Shown piece after piece: positions 1-15,282 of a DNA stretch of 64,000 nucleotides. This stretch comes from Eledone cirrhosa (Eukaryota). The first letter of the stretch is position 1. The number at the start of each line of letters is the position of its first letter. Made by a program: the position numbers and the translations under genes. Location of the stretch: the NCBI GenBank assembly GCA_964016885.1, contig OZ024740.1, positions 246,760,001 through 246,824,000 on the forward strand, written 5' to 3'. The notes beneath the pieces were generated by a model. The model did no database searches. It saw only the letters and a program-made list of their open reading frames with translations, and was not told the origin of the DNA.

Positions 1-4
1 AGGA

Positions 5-658
5 ATGTTAATGGCTGCGCAGGAGCAGGCCCTCAAAACGAAGTGGTTGAAACACCATATTTACAAGGAGGAGGCTAGCCCACTGTGCAGGATCTGTGGA
101 GAGAGAGAGGAGACTGTGGCTCACATTGTATCCGAGTGTAAACACCTAGCCCAGACTCATTATAAGGGCTGGAGACATGATGTGATGGGCAGGGTGATCC
201 ACTGGCACCTATGCAAAGTAAACAATTTACCACATTCTGAGAAGTGGTATGAGCATAAGCCAGAGGCGGTGATAGAAAACGATCAGGTGAAGGTGCTATG
301 GGATTTTAGGATACAGACGGACAAGAAACTTGAACACAATAGACCTGACCTGGTGGTTGTGGACAAAGAAAACAGATCGTGCCTGATTGTGGATGTGGCT
401 TGCCCATTCGACACGAGAGTGCAAGAGAAGGAGAGGGAGAAAATTAACCGATACCAGGACTTAAAGTGGGAGGTAAAAAGGATTTGGAACTGCAATGAAG
501 TCAAAGTGATCCCGATTGTCATAGGCGCACTAGGGACTATCTCAAAAAGTTTCCATGGATGGTTAAAGAAAATTGGCCCCTTCACGATTTTTGGAACGCT
601 TCAAAAGGCATGCTTGCTGGGAACAGCAAGAACCCTCCGATACGTCCTGAATATCTGA
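5..658 (+). CDS. C-terminal end of an R4/Dong-clade non-LTR retrotransposon ORF (CCHC finger plus restriction-like endonuclease); runs in from the window edge
   Basis: Uninterrupted ORF with CRIC..ETVAHIVSEC, RHD, HNRPDLVVVD, VDVACPFD, KEREKINRYQDL and IVIGALG motifs; short 3' UTR followed by (TAA)n. Confidence 0.9.
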   Translation: MLMAAQEQALKTKWLKHHIYKEEASPLCRICGEREETVAHIVSECKHLAQTHYKGWRHDVMGRVIHWHLCKVNNLPHSEKWYEHKPEAVIENDQVKVLWDFRIQTDKKLEHNRPDLVVVDKENRSCLIVDVACPFDTRVQEKEREKINRYQDLKWEVKRIWNCNEVKVIPIVIGALGTISKSFHGWLKKIGPFTIFGTLQKACLLGTARTLRYVLNI

Positions 659-734
659 GGCTGCAGGTAGTGGCTTGATATTCATTTCAACAAACTTTCC
701 AGTTAACTAACATCAATGACTGAGACTCAAAGAG

Positions 735-841
<107 letters not shown>

Positions 842-1384
842 GTAACAATGGTTTCATTTACGCGCCCCGATACCGTGCCCCGCTTCCCTGGCAACTAATT
901 GTTCAGTCTACCCATACGATAAGACGTTCCTGAGATATTCAGTGCATATATGTCAATAGAGTGGACTGAAGACCTGAAAATGCCAGGTAGTGTAATGTTA
1001 TACCGGCTTATAGTTTAGCTATGGCACACTATAAAAGGGTGCACACATTGACCCTGTACTCAAGCGACCTTTAGTATCAGATATTAACAATGAATTTCTC
1101 TGATATTTGGTACGGTTAGGACTTGAAATATGTCACACTCCCAACTGTTGATCACATTCTTTTCAGTGCATTTCCTTATTTATACTTTCTTTTAAATATT
1201 TGCTTGATCCTCGAACTCTACGCGCCCAATTCTATTTTGTTTTATTCGACACCTTCCTTTAAAATACAAATAAATTTATTACATAATATTTCCTTATTTT
1301 TTTCTATTGTTTTAAACACCCCACCCGAGTTTTCCCTGTATTTATTTTCTGTCTGATGCTATTTTCTGAAAATACAATAGTGAT

Positions 1385-1795
1385 TTTTTATTTAGGCACG
1401 AAGCCTGCAATTTGTTACTGGAACTTTATTTTAATGACACTAGAATGTTACTGGAACTTTATTTTATAGATACTAGAAGGATGAAAGGCAAATTTGACTT
1501 CAGTAGGATTTGATCTTGGATTGTAGACAGGTGAAACAAATATCACTAGGTATTTTGTTCAATGATCTTACGATTCTGCCAATCCATTGCCCCTATACAG
1601 TAAGGATTTCTACTTTAGGCATAAAAACATCAATTTTGGAGGAAGGGAAACCCCATTACTAGTATTTTATTTTATCAACCGCAGAAGGATGAACAGCAAT
1701 GTCGACCTCTGCAGAATCAGAACCCAGAAAGTAAAGAGTAGGAATAAATACTCAAAGTATTTCACCGATTCTCTAATAACTCTGCCAGCCCATTG
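1385..1795 (-). mobile_element. Two degenerate tRNA-type SINE copies
   Basis: Diverged matches to the SINE core (ggatgaaaggcaaa..gac.tc...gatttga) found throughout the window. Confidence 0.6.
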
Positions 1796-2494
1796 CTCTA
1801 AACCACCCTATACAATATATATATATAGTAGTAGAGGTGAAATTGAATTGCGTTTATAGGCGGCATGCCAAGATGAGCACTCGATGCTGTTGGGGAGCAG
1901 AGTATCCATAATAATAAATAGGGAACAAAGAATCAGTGTTGCATCATATACATGTTTAATATTTACATATGTTTCCCTGCCGATCAGCTCGAGGAACGAT
2001 CGAATAATGTTCGTTCCTGACTCTGGAATCGGGAGCTCCTCAAATATGTGTTCTTACATGTAGACGCACGTCCAAATGTTGTTGAATTGTTAAACACCCG
2101 ATTCGTTATTTTAAGCTGCCACAGACTTTGTTAGAAGAAATGTGTCATCGTCGATTTTATGTTAAATTGTGTGTAGGCAACCTAGAATTCAGCAACATTT
2201 TCTGTCCCTCGTTTGTCAGGATGGTAAATTATGCTGGTCTGGTATAGATGCCGTTCATGTGTGACGACCTGTCTATAGGAAGTCTGAAAAAATTGCTAAA
2301 ATGTAAAAGAATAAAGAAATAAAGAAATAAATGTATAAATCAGTGGATGGGTAATTAGATAGATAGTAGTTCAAAGGTAATGAGTAAACCGATAAACAAA
2401 TAAAGCAATAAAGAATAAAAATAGAAAAAATACAAGAGTGAGATATATATATATGTAAATAATACAAAAATATTAAAAAACTAAAATAAAATAA

Positions 2495-2682
2495 TAATTG
2501 TTTCTACTTTTGGCACAAGGCCAGCAATTACCCAGTGCATTACTGGTACTTTATTTTATTGACCCCGTCAGGATGAAAGGCAAAGTCAACCTCGGCGGGA
2601 TTTGAACTCAGATCGTAAAGGGGCGTAACTACGCTGGAAAGCATGGCGTCCGACCCTCTACCGATACTGCCAATCCACCGCC
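2495..2682 (-). mobile_element. Young tRNA-type SINE (family A), full length
   Basis: Near-identical to the copies at 18088, 21217, 31109 and 35265; B-box-like gagttcaaatcc; imperfect aaataaaatartaatt target-site duplication (TSD). Confidence 0.85.
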
Positions 2683-3123
2683 TGAAATAAAATAGTAATT
2701 AGAAAAGAAAATAGATGAATAAATAGGAACTAAAATGCATGAACAAAAGGTAGATGAGTGGACCAATAAACAAGATAACGAACCCCATGAAGGGAAATGA
2801 AGAAGGAAAAAGGAAAGAGTGAATGTCTAGAGTCTAGACAAACTATCTGATATATCCCAGCAAACCACTATTACGTTCCTGTGTAGAGAAATCAAAATAC
2901 ATTTGGTATTGTAAAAAAAGTTTAAAAAACATAAATATATGGTTAACTTGGATATATGTCTATTGGATGCGCGCGTGTGTGTGTGTGTTGGTGTGCATAT
3001 GTTTTTGGTCACATACGACTTTGTATGTATGCATGTGTGTGTGTGTGCTTGGGTATGTCTGTGTGCGTTATCATATAATATATATATATATATATACACA
3101 CACATATATATATATATACACAG

Positions 3124-3156
<33 letters not shown>

Positions 3157-4299
3157 CATATAAATATAAATTAAATGTTAGAGAAAACAATACCAAATTC
3201 TTGAACAAATATATTTAATGGCTTACAATTGTTTCAAAAATCATATCAGAATCCAGCACATACAGATGAAAATTATCGATTAAATAATCGATAAGAGCAA
3301 GTGATAATATAAGGAAAGAATGATATGCTCTCATCTTCAGAGCCGAAAATAAAATATTTGTAAAATTCAAAAATAGATGTCACTGAAGATATGAACAACA
3401 ATAAATGTAAAACGCGGAGCATACCAGTTAACATATGAAGGATGGGAGCAGACGTACAATACATTTTAAATTCGAAGAAGTTAACCGTTTAAAAAGATGG
3501 TGGAAATATGAAACAGGAATTCAGCAGGTGTATATAGCAAGGGGCATACATATGCTGAAAGGGAGATAATTAATAGAATTAGAAAGGAAATATTTAAAAG
3601 AAGGGAAGATAAGTGTTACTATTATACTTAACGGTAGAATAATAAAATGAATATAGGTATGAACAGAAATAGCGTGCAAAATTAATGAGGAGGGTTGATA
3701 TAGGAGGAATCATTAAGAATGAAAAAAAAAAAATAGCGGGAGTGATGTATATTAAGATAATGGAGGAAAGATAAAAAAAAGTATATTATGAATTAAAGGG
3801 AAAGAAAATGATAGATAAAAAAAAAATAAAGTAATGGTCAGACTATGTATACCAAAGTGTAAGAGGTCAAATTACTAGGCAAATGTTCCTCTAGTGGCTA
3901 ATTTAAATGTAGTGCTGAGGGAAGCTCTAGGTTGAGGGCCATACGTAGGTGTGAAGAAATAGTGTAAAGATGTAAAGGAAATATTAAAAAGATGAAAAGA
4001 AAATATGTGTTAATAAGTTATGCTAAGGGAAAAGGAGATATAGCAATAGGAATACTAATTATAACGATACAAAAATAAAGAGAAATAAAGCAATATAGAA
4101 AGAAATTAAAATTAAAATAATTAAAAAGAAGGGATTTATAAAGAATATGGTGAAAGAGTATAAAGTTAGTCACAAAAGGGGGAGAAGGGCCTAGATAAAG
4201 ATTTGTTAATACTAAAAAGAAAAAAATAGAGGGATACTATAGGAAATGTATCGTTAATAAATAATTATAAATAAGAGTGGGTTAATAAATAATTATAAT

Positions 4300-7100
4300 A
4301 AGACAACCTGGGCAAATCAACACATATATCAGGTTTTCTGATGCGCACAATCACGAACCCGACCTTCAATAACAACACAACCACAACCCTGCATCAGCAA
4401 CCGCCACAACTACCTTAACCATTTCTTAGACCCAGTACACAGACACAGGGAAACGAGATGATACAAGACATACAGGAGAAATCAAAAGTAATAAAAATCA
4501 TAAATTTAGCCACTAAAGAACTAACAACAGACCAAATCAACATACTCTTCGAAAGGCTGAAATTTACACCGACCCCCGCAACGTCCAAACTAGTCCGAAA
4601 TGAAGGAAGACATTGCAAAATTCTGTTGAAAATTAAGACTTAGAAAGGAACTACACGACTAGTACAATGAGGACGATTCACTACCTAGAAATAGAAGCAA
4701 CTACACACCATCAAAAGGTAAGAATAAACTTCTCGACCAATTCTGCGAACACATTACAAATGACCCATATCAACACCTACACAGACAAAAACACAGGCCT
4801 AGAAAGAATGGAATGAGTTGAACAGATTAAAGAATGATAAAACTATAACAATGAAAGAGGCGGATAAACGGAGTACGGTGGTCCTTATGGAGACAGAATA
4901 TTATACAACCCTAGTAATCTCAATTTTAGAAGACGAAGCATACTACGAAAAGGCTCAACTCTACAGTCAACAGAAAATAATGAGAAACATAAAAACTCTC
5001 ATAGCCCTTTACAGAGAAGAACTTGCCGAAGGAATACAACTATATCACTGATTTCTAAAGCAAATCCATGCTTTTCTCGGTATTCCTAAGATACACAAAA
5101 GCGAAAACATAAGTAAGGCATGCAAGGAAGCCACAGATACATTCATCATTGTCTCTTCACCCAATTACCTCAAATTAAGGCCTATAATAGCAGGTACCAC
5201 TTGCGAAACTCACCGCCTCAGAAACTTCCTTAATATCCTATTAAAACCATTCCTGAAACACATTAACAGCTACATAAGGGACCACCTTTATATACTCAAC
5301 AACCTCCCCAAAACATTTAATAATGAACATACACTACTAGTGTCTTTTGATGTAGTCAACCTATATTCCAATATCCCACACAACCTAGGAATAGAAGCAA
5401 TCCAATTCTGGTTAGAAAATTACCCCAATGAAGTATCACACCGCATCATAAAAAAATTCGTAATAGACGAGCTCAAATTTATCTTGAAGAATAACTACTT
5501 CAAATTCAATGCCAAATTCTACAGAGAGAAATCTGGGACTGCCATGGGCACGAAAATGGCCCCCCTCTTATACCAACCTTGTTATGGGCTATCTGGAAAT
5601 CACCCTCTACCGAAAAGTACTAAATAAATATGGAAACTCCTTCTACCTCTACATAGAAAAAAACTGGAAGCGATATCTGGATGATTGTTTCATCCTCTGG
5701 CATGAATGTATGGAAAGACTTATTGAGTTTAAAACACTTCTAAATGGACTCAACACAAACATTCAATTTACAATGGAATACAGCCATGAACAACTTCCTT
5801 TCCACGATATCCTTATCAAGAAAACTAACAACAAAATAGAAACAGGCATATACTATAAGTTCACAGACTCCAAACAGTATCTTCCATTCAACTCATGCCA
5901 CCCGAGACACACTAAAATAAACATCCCTTACAAACTAGCCAAAAGGATCTGTACAATAGTATCTGATAGAAACACCTGTTACATACGACTAGAAGAATTA
6001 AAGGACACACTCACTAGCAGGAATTACCCACCATCCCTAATTAAGAATGGATTCCACGTGTTCCAACTCAGTATCCAGGAACTTAGACACCTCACACACT
6101 AAAGACTAAAAACAGTCTTCGTCAACGTATGACCGTTCACAGATTCCAAATTAAAATACGGGAATACAGAAAAATAGCATCGAGTGAACACATTGCGACC
6201 TGCACCTCTAATGAACAACCCAACTTCAGAATTTTTCCCCTCTGCATCAGCAAAGAATCATTGCATTAGCAAAGAATCACACTTTATCGCTAAATCCTAA
6301 CCCTTTTAAAATACATCTACTTCAGACAAACAACAGCGTGCACCCAATTTTAAAATTAGCCCCTTGGACAAATTAAGGAAGATATCTTAGAAACATCTAT
6401 ACCTCAGGTCAATTTTTAACACAAACGGACAAACTAAGAATGTCAGCATTACAGACAGAAATACCAAGATATATATTTCTAGAAAAAATTACTCCCTCAG
6501 TCAACTCTAAGGTCACTCAATCATCTAAGCCAATCCCACGGACACCTCCCTTTACTATTATTAATGGTGATACTATTACTACTACACCTCCCCGACGTCC
6601 CCTTCTGCTACGCCCACCCCTACTCCGTCTTCCCCTTCCTTCTTTGCCATAGCTCTGGTATTACTACCACACCTATCCCCTGTTCCTTCTTCTTCTTCTT
6701 CTTCTTCTTCTTCTTCTTCTTCTTCTTCTTCTTCTTCTTCTTCTTCTTCTTCTTCTTCTTCTTCTTCTTCTTCTTCTTCTTCTTCTTCTTCTTCTTCTTC
6801 TTCTTCTTCTCCTCCCCCCATTATTACCACTACAGTCGAAGCCAACAGCTTAAACAGAACAGATTCTTCCCTGCTGCTACCACCACTGTTGGTAAGGCTA
6901 AGGCAAGCACTAAGAGAGAAAGAAAGAAAACTACAGACAGAAATGTGAACTTTTCTCCCTAAATATGTATGCAAAAACAATCCCCCCCCCCATATTCTTA
7001 TCATTCTTATTAATATGCAATTTAATTGCACTATACACTTCCGTCGTGTGAAAAAGCGCATAAGCTGAAACCGGTACAATTAATGCGGAAATTCCTATTT
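4300..7100 (+). mobile_element. Degenerate Penelope-like element (Neptune-like), related to the 24.3-28.1 kb element
   Basis: Frameshifted fragments INL..LKFTPTP, KEADKRSTVV, SFDVVNLYSNIP, GTAMGTKMAP, WKRYLDD and SCHPRHTKINIPY; endonuclease region largely deleted; decayed HHR-like GAAACCGGTA at 7067-7076. Confidence 0.88.
6683..6809 (+). repeat. (TTC)n microsatellite
   Basis: Pure TTC run. Confidence 0.95.
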
Positions 7101-7129
7101 TGTAAATAAATGCTTTGATGTTATTCCGA

Positions 7130-7230
7130 AAGTCAATCTGTGAACGCAGAAGTAAATATTTCCAAAAACGTTGCAACCGGAGGAAGACAGGAAGACGATA
7201 CTTTGGCTCGTGGAAACGTTCCCTGGCAAA
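7130..7230. repeat. Interspersed repeat shared in inverted orientation with 44335-44432, with a partial local duplicate at ~7340-7460
   Basis: aatctgtgaacgcagaagtaa...cgatactttgg.tcgtgga.acg.tccctggc occurs as its reverse complement at 44.3-44.4 kb. Confidence 0.7.
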
Positions 7231-7649
7231 GAACGGGGCAAAACGAATATAATACGTCATTATTTGGAGCGGTGAAAAACAATTACACGCAAAGACTTTA
7301 CGGTATCAATGAAGTCGTAGACTAATATTCTATTAGGCGGTTCATGGAGACGTTCTCTGGCAATGAACGGAAAAACGAAGAAAATACGTCATTATGTGGA
7401 GCGGGGAGAGCAATTGCACGCAAAGACAAAGCCACGTAAATGGTATAACTGAAGTCGTAGCCTAAAATTCTAACTAGGAAACTGAATGATTCTCGGCTTC
7501 AGAGAATAAAGTAAATAAAATACAGAGGTAATTGAGTAAATACATACATGCATCCATATACGTACATACACAAGCATACGCGAAAACACTCATATTTGAT
7601 ATATATTTATCCTTATCGAGCCCTCTTTGGATTTTAGTCTTCAAATTTA

Positions 7650-7701
<52 letters not shown>

Positions 7702-7702
<1 letters not shown>

Positions 7703-8440
7703 TAGCCGAATTACCGGCGCCTTGCTGCGTTTCACACATTTTTTAAAATAAGAAAATGATGATTGATTTTAAATCAGTGATATAATTTATAGAGAAAAAC
7801 TCAGCATTTCAATATTACTCAATGTAAAATGTAATGCATGAAAAATCGGAAAACATTATTTTTTATAATATATCAAATCAAAATTACATTATTAAATCTT
7901 ATTCTTATTTTGTTTGTAAATAATTGTTTCTATATTAGGCACAAGGCCAGCAATTACCCAGTACATTACTGGTACTTTATTTTATCGACCCCGTAAGGAT
8001 GGAAGGCAAAGTTAAGCTTAATAATGTTTTTCAAAATATCAATTCAAAACTTGATCTTTTTATTTTTGTGTGAAGCATTATTTTATTTGGGCTTCCTACA
8101 TTTTCACTATAGGGGATTTAACCCCCATTAGGGTGTCTTAATATTATTGAAATTTGCTGAAATTGGCATCATATCTTGTCATTTAACTATGGTTTAAATT
8201 TCATATAAATCGAAGGGAAAATATTTTCAGCGGGGGTTTGTGTCCCCGGGGAACCCTTTGATTAAAATTAAATATATTTATCCAAGTACCCTGGGCAATG
8301 TAGTTTCAGAATATATGTGGTTAGGTGGGTGGGTGGGGGGTGGGGGGGGCTATCTCCAAAATCATAGGAGGAGTTCGTGAACAAACAAACAAAAAAACAA
8401 ACAAACAGACAGGAACTATAACTTTATATATATATATATA
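7702..8440 (-). mobile_element. Non-autonomous Helitron-like element with a nested partial SINE (7922-8020)
   Basis: The minus-strand 3' end is CTAG preceded by a GC-rich, imperfect hairpin-like segment; the other end is acaaacagacag...tttatatata; same layout as the elements at 22018 and 59753. Confidence 0.6.
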
Positions 8441-8541
8441 TTCTTATAGCCTGGTCTAATTGATTTTTTTATATGGTTAATTATGCTAATTGGGGAGGGA
8501 ATGGTATATATTTTATCTAATAATTGTAAGGACATGATTTA

Positions 8542-8617
<76 letters not shown>

Positions 8618-9048
8618 GTGCATTCAAGCATTCATACATACACACACATACATACATATGCATACACATGTATGCATATTGTACACACACACACACACGC
8701 ATGCATATATACATACAAATATACAAATATAAAGCATTGCATAATAGATTTCCATGTCCCAAGGCCGACATTCTACAATATGCCTTTGATATCTCCTGAA
8801 ATATGTCTTAATGATCCATAGCTTCTCTCTCATTGCTTCATGCAGAGTTCACCATCCTCTCTCTATCTTTCACCATTTCTACTCGTCATCATTTCCCCAT
8901 ATTATCAGTCAGTCACTTAGTACCATTCGCCACCACCAACACCATCATCCTCAGTAACAACATCATTACCTTCATCGCCATAATCATAATCATTCTCATC
9001 CTCATCTTCCTCTGCATCATACTCTTCCTATTTCTCCCCTTTTTCCTT

Positions 9049-9081
9049 TCCTCCTCCTCCTCCTCCTCCTCCTCCTCCTCC

Positions 9082-9132
<51 letters not shown>

Positions 9133-9191
9133 CCATCCTCATCACCATCATCATCATCACCATCATCATCACCATGATTTGATCATCATCC

Positions 9192-9225
<34 letters not shown>

Positions 9226-9230
9226 CATCC

Positions 9231-9273
<43 letters not shown>

Positions 9274-9300
9274 TTCCACCACAACCACCACCATCACCCT
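9049..9300 (+). repeat. (TCC)n/(TCA)n compound microsatellite
   Basis: Direct inspection. Confidence 0.9.
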
Positions 9301-9539
9301 CACCTCCCCATTTCTAGCCAATCGAGTTAACATCTAGGGGCTTCTTTTTTCTAATATGGATAGATTCTATATTTCTATGGTTGCTATGGTTTCAACATCA
9401 TCTATGTCACTATAGTTACTGTGATTGTCATAGTTCCCTATTTTGTAGTTTATATAGTTGCAGTAGTTGTTATAGTTTTCACACTACAGTGGTTGTTATA
9501 GTTGCAGAAATTGTTAAGTTTTTTATATTAATGATGTTA

Positions 9540-9788
9540 TCTATATATCACTAAAATTCTGTGATTGTGTCTGTAATTTAATGCAGACAAAACGGCGCAT
9601 GATGGGAATACAAATGGAATAAAACAAGTTTCGCATAAATCGAAGCACGGGTTCCCGAGATACGGGTTTTTGGGGTGTAGCTTCATAAATAGAGAGAAAG
9701 ATAGAGAGAAAGAAATAGTGGTTGTGAGAGAGTAGATTGAAAGAGAGAGATAGAGAGAGAGAGAGGGCGAGAGAAAATGGAAATGGAA

Positions 9789-9861
<73 letters not shown>

Positions 9862-9900
9862 GGTGGTGTTGTTGAATGAAATTATAACAAGTGACTTCAA
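9540..9900 (+). mobile_element. Interspersed repeat (Helitron-like 5' portion) with internal (GA)n; second copy at 44515-44860
   Basis: Starts A|TCtatatat; shares gatgggaatacaaatggaataaaacaagtttcgc.taaatcgaagcacgggttcccgagatac with 44.6 kb. Confidence 0.6.
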
Positions 9901-10131
9901 GAAATCGAATATAGCATTACTGTGTCTAACTGGAATTTGGTGACAGAATATTAAGTGGTATGTATCCTATAACTTGTGTTAGGACAGTGTGTGTGTGTAT
10001 ATGTATGTATGTGTGTGTATTTATATGTGTGTGTTTGTATATATGTGTGTCTGTGGCAAGTGTATATAGGTCACAGACACCATACACACACACATATATA
10101 TATGTATGTAAACACACACACACACACACAC

Positions 10132-11416
<1,285 letters not shown>

Positions 11417-11450
11417 ATATATATATATATGTAAACACACACACACACAC

Positions 11451-11481
<31 letters not shown>

Positions 11482-12597
11482 TGTAAACACACACACACAC
11501 ACAGGCATATATATATGGGCCTTCCAATTTCATTTTACATTATATACATGTCTGTGTATATTTTAATTATTAAAGAATATTTTTAAGTGAACATGGCGCA
11601 ATGGGTCACGGTTGGTCTAGTATATTCTACAACGCTATACTACATTGTTGTTATGGTTTTCTACATTATAGTTGTCCTTATTGTTTTTCTATATTACAGT
11701 TGTTGGTGGCGTTGACAACTGGATGGGTAAATAGCTAACGTCAAGTATCTAGCTTGTATTAAATCGAAGAAACGTCTGTCCAATATTTGGCACTCCTTCT
11801 GTGACTCAGCATTGGGCTGCAAAAAGTACTACGAAGGATGGCACTATTCCGATGCATGTATAGTCGTGGCCGGAAACCACATAAACAATGTAAAGCTAAA
11901 GAAACTCAATAAAACCACCATCACCATCACTACCACTTATCACCGAGTCTCTCGCCACGAACCATACACCACCACAACCTCCACCATCAACCACCAATCA
12001 CACTCGTCACTAAACACACTGACCACCATCACTAATCATAGATGATCCCTCCCCCCCCGCCGCCAAAATGCACCAACTACTCTCATCAACCAAATCAAAT
12101 TCTCATCACATAACTTCAACTTCAACAATCATCCTCGCCTCCAACCGCACAGCATCACCGTCGTCGCCACCATCACTACTCCTACCTCCATAACCATTAC
12201 TAACTACCACTACTACCAAGAACAACAACATCTACCTTGTTCATGGACTAACAACCTCCCTTGCCTCCACCCCCCTCCCCACTACCAACCACCGACTACC
12301 ACTACTACCAACCATCAACCACATTCCCTAAATCCTCCCAATTACCCACCACCACCACCACCACCACCACCACCACCACCACCAACAGCAACGAAACCAA
12401 CAACAGCCACATACCATCAAGCAACAACCACCCTCACCATTAATTCTTCTCACGTCAATCTCACCTAACTAGCCATCCACCCAACACTGTGTTTTCTTCT
12501 TTAAAAAAAGACTTTTAAAAAAGGCGAGACGTTACAATGTTTATTTATTCACTGCTGCCATTAATGTCAGTTGAAAGCCCCTTGAAATATGTTTTTT

Positions 12598-12941
12598 AAA
12601 GTATCTTTACCCAGTAGTATTTCCTAAGTAGTATTATTACCCAGTAGTATTTCCTAAGTAGTATTACCCAGTAGTATTTCCTAAGTAGTATCTTTACCCA
12701 GTAGTATTTCCTAAGTAGTATTACCCAGTAGTATTTCCTAAGTAGTATTATTACCCAGTAGTATTTCCTAAGTAGTATTACCCAGTAGTATTTCCTAAGT
12801 AGTATTATTACCCAGTAGTATTTCCTAAGTAGTATTACCCAGTAGTATTTCCTAAGTAGTATCTTTACCCAGTAGTATTTCCTAAGTAGTATTATTACCC
12901 AGTAGTATTTCCTAAGTAGTATTACCCAGTAGTATTTCCTA
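12598..12941. repeat. Minisatellite: 12 units of TTACCCAGTAGTATTTCCTAAGTAGTA (27 bp) with an optional TTA/TCT insert
   Basis: Units counted directly; cores identical. Confidence 0.95.
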
Positions 12942-13059
12942 ACGTGACATACCATTTCTTCTGAAGTGAAGAAAGTACAACAAATAATTATGGGAGAAGA
13001 AAATGATGGCAATAATGAATACAACAAGGCTTCCTTTAAAAAAAAAACCTCCTTACATT

Positions 13060-13210
<151 letters not shown>

Positions 13211-13424
13211 ACGCATGCACATTGCTTTGTGTATGTATGTATATTTTGAGGTTTTAATTGGAAAGAGGAGATTCTCCTCTTCTTGTGAACATATTTGATT
13301 TTGTGGACTAGCAGAAAAACCGCCTTTCGACAGTTTTGTGTTAGCCTATGTAGTGTGCATATCGATATTATACACAAATATATATGCATATAGATATATG
13401 TAAATTGAAAAGTAAATTGACAAT

Positions 13425-14075
13425 ATCTTCTTCTTCGCCCACTTATTTCTGAGAGGGTTGTGGGGGCAGAGTCCTTCTCAAACACTCCTTCCAGTGAGTC
13501 TGTCAGTAGCAAACGTCTCTAACTGATCCAGCTGGATCCAAAAGCGTGACCAGCCAAGCTCATGGATGTTATCCAACTATCTTGCTCAGGGTCTACCTCT
13601 GGGTCTCTTGCAGGCTGGTTTTGCCTGTAAAATCTGTCCACGATTCTTTCTTGAGACATTCTAACCACATGTCCATAGGATTGGAGTTGTGATCTCCAAT
13701 TAGGAGAAGTAGCGGCTCTACCAGGAGTGACTCTCTGGTCTCTGAGCTATGTACTTTATCGAATAACGTTACTCCAAAGACTCTTCGGAGGAATCCTATT
13801 TCTACCGCTTTTATTTGCAATTGTATTCTTTTGGTCATTACTCAAGATTCACGATCCTCGGTAATAGTTGGCAGTAATACCAGGAAGACAGCGAGTTTGG
13901 CTTTTACACCTACCCCCCTCTTCATCGATTGCTGAATGCTGAGGCTGGCGCATTACTGCATCATATTTTGTAATTCTTGCACTTAATTCACCCTCCTGCA
14001 TTCCATCACTCATGAACACGGATCCAAGATACTTGAACTACTTTAACTGCTTCAGTAGAACTCCATTCACATGTA
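13425..14075 (-). mobile_element. RTE-clade LINE, 3' fragment
   Basis: FKYLGS and W.MTKRIQLQIKAVEIGFLRRVFGVT motifs; 3' end with GAA-like tail homologous to 20690-20732. Confidence 0.85.
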
Positions 14076-14269
14076 TATAAATTTGAAGGACTTCTGTCCA
14101 CCCACCCATCACGCAATATGTATATGTGTTTGTGTGAATGTATGTGTGTGTAAAAGGAAGGAAAGGGATACACACATATATGTCTCTAACTTAAAAACAG
14201 TGACACACTCACACATGTCTCTAATTTAAGAACGCCGACAAACTCACACGCGCGCACATACACACACTG

Positions 14270-14890
14270 TCCCATTACCACTTAAGAGCTTTGGCCCGGG
14301 AAAACATCCGCTCAATTTTGGAACCGTCTGGGTTGTCCAGAATTGATGGGAAAAGACTTGACGGCCTTACTCTGTGCTCCTGGTCAAGAGGCAGGTGCCT
14401 TACCTGGGACATCACAGTTAGTGACTCTTTTGTCTCTTCCCACATTCCGGATGCAGCGGTAAGGGCGAGAGCTACAGCATCCGCAGCTGAATAGAACAAA
14501 ATCCTAAAATACCGTGTTCTGTCAGCTAACGACATTATCCAGCCTGTGACGGTCGAGACGTTTGGGGGAGTCGGGCTACTGACAGCGAGGTTCTTATCTT
14601 CACTGGCGGCTCGCCAAACAGAGGTAACTGGTGATGCTCGTGAGGGCACTTGGTTGTTCCAGCACCTCAGCGTCGCCATCACCCCAGGTAACGCTGCGAG
14701 CATGCTGGCCTGCCTAAAATTATTAGAGAGGTTTCTCAGTGCTCCTCGCTATATTGTTATATTTTGCTCTGGTAGCGGCTCGTTTCCACTCTTTCGTCTG
14801 CATTTTGTTCTATGTGGTCTAAGATGTCTGTATTACGTGCTTGTGTATTTTTTCTCTTTCTTCTTTTCCTTTCCCTTTCCTTTGTATATA
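14270..14890 (+). mobile_element. CRE-clade non-LTR retrotransposon 3' fragment (RLE domain), pseudogenised
   Basis: LEPSGLSRIDGKRLDGLT..W..GRCLTWDITVSDS, AAE*NKILKY, VETFG and LSVAITPGNAASML motifs. Confidence 0.85.
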
Positions 14891-14896
14891 TTATAT

Positions 14897-15282
14897 TGAA
14901 TTGGCAGTATCGGTAGAGGGTCGGACGCCATGCATGCTTTCCAGCATAGTTACGTCCCTTTACGATCTGAGTTCAAATCCTGTCGAGGTTAACTTTGCCT
15001 TTCATCCTTACGGGGCCGATAAAATAAAGTACCAGTAATGCACTGGGATAATTGCTGGCCTTGTGCCAAAAGTAGAAACAATTATTAAAAGGGTGGTGGA
15101 TTGACAGTATCGGTAGAGGGTCGGATGCCATGCTTTGCAGTATAGAGTTACGGCCCTTTACGATCTGAGTTCAAATCCCACCGAGTTTAACTTTGCCTTT
15201 CATCCTTACGGGGTCAATAAAATCAAGTACCAGTAATACACTGGGATAATTGCTGGCCTTGTGCCAAAAGTAGAAACAATTA
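14897..15282 (+). mobile_element. Two tandem family-A SINE copies
   Basis: Each copy ends gtgccaaaagtagaaacaatta. Confidence 0.85.

Noticed and set aside
966-992. CTGAAGA followed by a cctg/cagg hairpin
   Set aside because: No GAAA after the stem and no stem I
2600-2682. tRNA gene
   Set aside because: A/B-box-like head of a SINE; no complete cloverleaf
3270-3345. Minus-strand CTGAAGA with a long hairpin
   Set aside because: Followed by CGAT rather than GAAA; stem I cannot be formed
12598-12941. CRISPR-like regular repeat
   Set aside because: No unique spacers, no cas genes and a eukaryotic context; it is a minisatellite
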